From Euglena gracilis (Eukaryota): a stretch of 64,000 bases of DNA. The DNA is taken from contig CP154954.1 in the NCBI GenBank assembly GCA_039621445.1, positions 27,206,123 through 27,270,122 of the forward strand, given 5' to 3'. A program made the translations under genes and the position numbers. The notes under the pieces are model-generated. The model saw only the letters and a list, made by a program, of their open reading frames with translations, did no database searches and was not told where the DNA came from. This document shows positions 60,733 to 64,000 of this stretch, piece by piece (the first letter of the stretch is position 1; each line of letters opens with the position of its first letter).

Positions 60733-63389
60733 TTCGGACCCGGAAAGCATAAAAGAGCGATTGCAAAATTTGCGCAAAGCTATATTCGGGTTCCCAAAGG
60801 AATCCGCACCGGGACCCACCGGCCTGAGACCTGACCACCTCAAGGCCATGGTTGGAGACTACCCAGGGGCTTGTGGAGATGACCTCCTTGAAGTGCTTGA
60901 TACCTTCATCTATCGGGAAATTACAAACGGTTTTCACCCCGGCATGGCCCCAAATCTTTCCTCTGCCAGGTTGACACCTCTGCGAAAACAGAACAAACAA
61001 ACAGCAATGGAAGAGGATGCTTTTGGAAACTTGTGGAGCACACGGTGTGTGATGAAGACACTCGCCCGATCGCAGCAGGTGAAACACTCCGCCGATTGGT
61101 TGGCAAATGCCTCATGCGTCATCCCACAGTGGTAAACGCTTTGAAAGAACTGAGTCCTCCACAATGTGGCGTTGGTATGCCGAATGCATGTCCATTGATC
61201 GCAATGGGCATCCACCAGATGGTGGACACTCAACACTCGGGCAGAGACAAGCGCTGGGGGCTGCTTCCAGGGGTGTAGAAAGTGGGGGTCGGGGGGGGGG
61301 GGGCGGCCCCCCCTGGGATTTTGGAAAGATATTTTTTTTGCAATGACATGATCAACGGTTCAAAGGGCGTCACCATCTCGGCTGCCTTCGGCAGCCACCT
61401 TGCCAGTTAAAATCACATTTCTAGAAAAAGAAATTGCAAAAGCCATTACCGTCTCGGCCGCCTTTGGCGGCCGACATAAACCCCTTGAGGCTCATCCTGT
61501 GGTACTAATTGTTTTTCACCCCCCCCCCTTATTGTCCCACCGACCTCCCCCCGGGAGGCCCAACTGGACAATAAGGGGGGGGGGGGGACAATAAGGGGGT
61601 ACCAAAGGAATTTTCATTGGCCGAGCCAAAAAAAACCCCGTCGGCCGGGGCCGAGGGACAATAAGGGGGGACAATAAGGAGGGGGTACCCATGATTTCGC
61701 TTTCTGGTTTGATTTTTTGGCATTGGAGGCTAGGTAGTCCACTTCGGGATCCCGGACTCCTCCTCCCCCCCTGTTCAGTTCACTTCGGAAGTGCACAGGG
61801 GGTCCCAGAGACCCCCCCCCCTGAACCTAGATGTACTTGTTCACTTCGGGAAAAAACCGAAAAACGGAACGTGCGAACACCGAAAAGAGCATTTTTCAAA
61901 AAAAAATTGGCGCCTTCGGCGCCGGACCCACCCTCCTCGGGGAAGTCAACATGTCCAGTGGAGGTTAGGCAGGGTGGGGGGGGGGGAGGTTGGGGGCTTC
62001 GCCCCTAAAGGAATTTCAATGGAGAAACTTCACCGGTGAAGTTCACCGGTGAAGTTCACCGCCATGTGTTTCCAATGAAGAGGGGGGGTGCAGGGTTCGG
62101 CGTATTTTTCCGCTTCGAAAAATTCGAATTTTTCAAGGTTGAATTATTCGGGGGTGGGGGGGGTCCCGCCCGAAAAACCCAAAGTTCACTGCCTGATCTC
62201 CAGTTCAGTTCGGAAGTGAACAGGGGAGGTCCGGGGACCCCCCCTCCCCCCTGTACCTGGGTTCCTTGGACTTCAAAGAGACGTTAGCGTCTCGGCCAGG
62301 GGTTTTTTTAAGACCGGGGGGGGGGGTCGGCACCCACCCACCCACCCCCTGACCCCCTGGAGTGGGCCCCCCTCGGGGGAGGGGGGGGTCCCGGAGGACC
62401 CACCCACTTTTGCCCGAAAATGGCCAAAAAGCGCCAAAAGTAGCAGCTTTTCCAAAATTTTCGGCGCCTTCGGCACCAAAAAAGATATACCCACCAGCCC
62501 CTACCCACCCCCCGGGGGGGGGTCCAAGACGAAAAAAAACCCATGTTCTCGGCCCCTTTGGGGCCAGGAGGACAGAAAAAAAATACATTTTGGTTGTGCC
62601 AAGAAAATTTTTTGGCTCGCCCCCCCCGGGAAAAAATTGTTCCTATGGCTGCTTCAAGTGGATTTCAGGAATGCCTTCAACTCCTTGTCACGGGAAAAAA
62701 TCCTGCAATCCATCCGTAGACGATGCCCAGAAGTGTGCCCTTGGCTGGATTCGTGCTACGTCCAACACAGCAAGCTGTATTGTGGAAACCATTGTCTGCC
62801 TTCCCAGAGGGGAGCTCAACAAGGCGACCCATGCGGACCTGCAGCTTTCGCCTGGGGTGTGCAAGACCTTTGTGAGGGCCTCTCACCTTTGGTCGAATGG
62901 CAGGGGTGGTACTTGGATGACGCCCATCTGCTGGGATCGCCAGCCCAATTGCACAATGCCCTTGCCTTTCTAATTCGTGAGGCAGCCACGCTTGGGTTGG
63001 CCGTGAACCCTGCAAAATGTCGATTGTGGGGACCAGCGTTCACATCAACAGAAGGTGTCCCTTGCATTCCCCCTGGCACGCCACAGGATAGCCCCTTACA
63101 TCAAATACCACTGACCGCCTTTGTTGCTGGTTCTGGTATGAAAGTTTTAGGGGTCCCTGTCCACCACCCCCAAGATGACTGCTTCTGTGAAGAAGTTTGG
63201 AATGAGCACATTGAAGACATCCGACGTTCTTGCACAGTACTTCAGCACCTACCTCAATCGCATGTGCAATTCACCTTGCTTCGGTTTTGCTTATCCGCTT
63301 GCAAAGTGAATGACCTCTTGCGCGCCTGCAAAATCTCCTCTGCAACAGCGGCATGCAAGTCATTGTCGGGAATTATTCGGGAAACATTC
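60733..63389 (+). pseudogene. RT-core fragment of the copy-1 CRE subfamily, interrupted by a DNA-element insertion
   Basis: Close nucleotide match to 40003-41271. Confidence 0.9.
61268..62647. mobile_element. Composite non-autonomous DNA element insertion
   Basis: 8-bp duplication GCTGCTTC (61260-61267 and 62648-62655). The empty site is seen at 40530. Confidence 0.8.
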
Positions 63390-64000
63390 CTTGAAGCCTT
63401 GTTTGTGGAAATGTCTGACATTTTGTCCCGGATGTCCCCTGATGCCCTGGGTAAGCAAGAAAAGCTTCTAATGCTTGTGTCCAAAATTCACCCCCTGCAA
63501 TGGAAAGACATGAGATCTGACGAACGCAACCGTGACAAATGTTCGACCTTTGATTCCCTTCAAGAATTTTGGAGAAAGAAAGTCACCGACGATGCCCTGG
63601 AACGTTTTCTGTATTCCCAAGCCACAGCCTTCGGTGGTGAGAAGTCTGCCAAAATCCACCTGATTGGGGAAAGTGATGAGCCAAGTTCGACCAACCCTGG
63701 CAAAGGCAAGTCCAAGGGCAAAGGCAAAGGCAAAGGGTTCAACCAACACAAGCCCCCTGGCCGTGGACCCCCCGCAGACCGCAGCAACGAGCCAAATTTC
63801 AAGGCGAAAATAACCTGCAAATACTGCAAGCGTGTCGGCCATTATGAGGATGCTTGTTGGACAAAAAAACGGGAGGACAAGAAGCGTCTGAATCAATCAT
63901 CGCCTCAGCCGCCCCGTCCTGCCACACAGTCAAACTTGCCTGCCAATTCGCCCCCCAATTCTCGGGAAGACCCTGGAAAGAAGCGCAAATTCGAGTCCAT
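63390..64000 (+). pseudogene. gag: Gag fragment of another LTR retrotransposon (runs off the window)
   Basis: Open frame with a GKGKSKGKGKG linker and CKYCKRVGHYEDAC knuckle. Confidence 0.75.

Overview
Repeat-dense eukaryotic nuclear DNA, almost certainly from a euglenid: two copies of the euglenid spliced-leader (SL) exon lie at 37470 and 42851. Left half: one host gene, SmB (SNRPB), on the minus strand. It has three small exons (34136-34030, 16002-15829, about 3852-3700) and two GT-AG introns of about 18 and 12 kb. The introns are filled with nested MITEs, foldback elements, minisatellites and transposon relics. Right half: a head-to-tail cluster of CRE-like (RT + restriction-like endonuclease) non-LTR retrotransposons. 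The two full-length copies begin with a mature SL and encode 2A ribosome-skip peptides. A young Ty3/gypsy chromovirus (44427-57329, minus strand) is inserted into one of them. Its Pol carries two DNA methyltransferase domains in tandem, a Dam-like N6-adenine MTase and a C5-cytosine MTase, ahead of protease-RT-RNaseH-integrase-chromodomain. Pol is in frame with gag behind a single TGA. Many frameshifts fall in homopolymer runs and may be sequencing errors. All calls are by eye from motifs; no searches were run.
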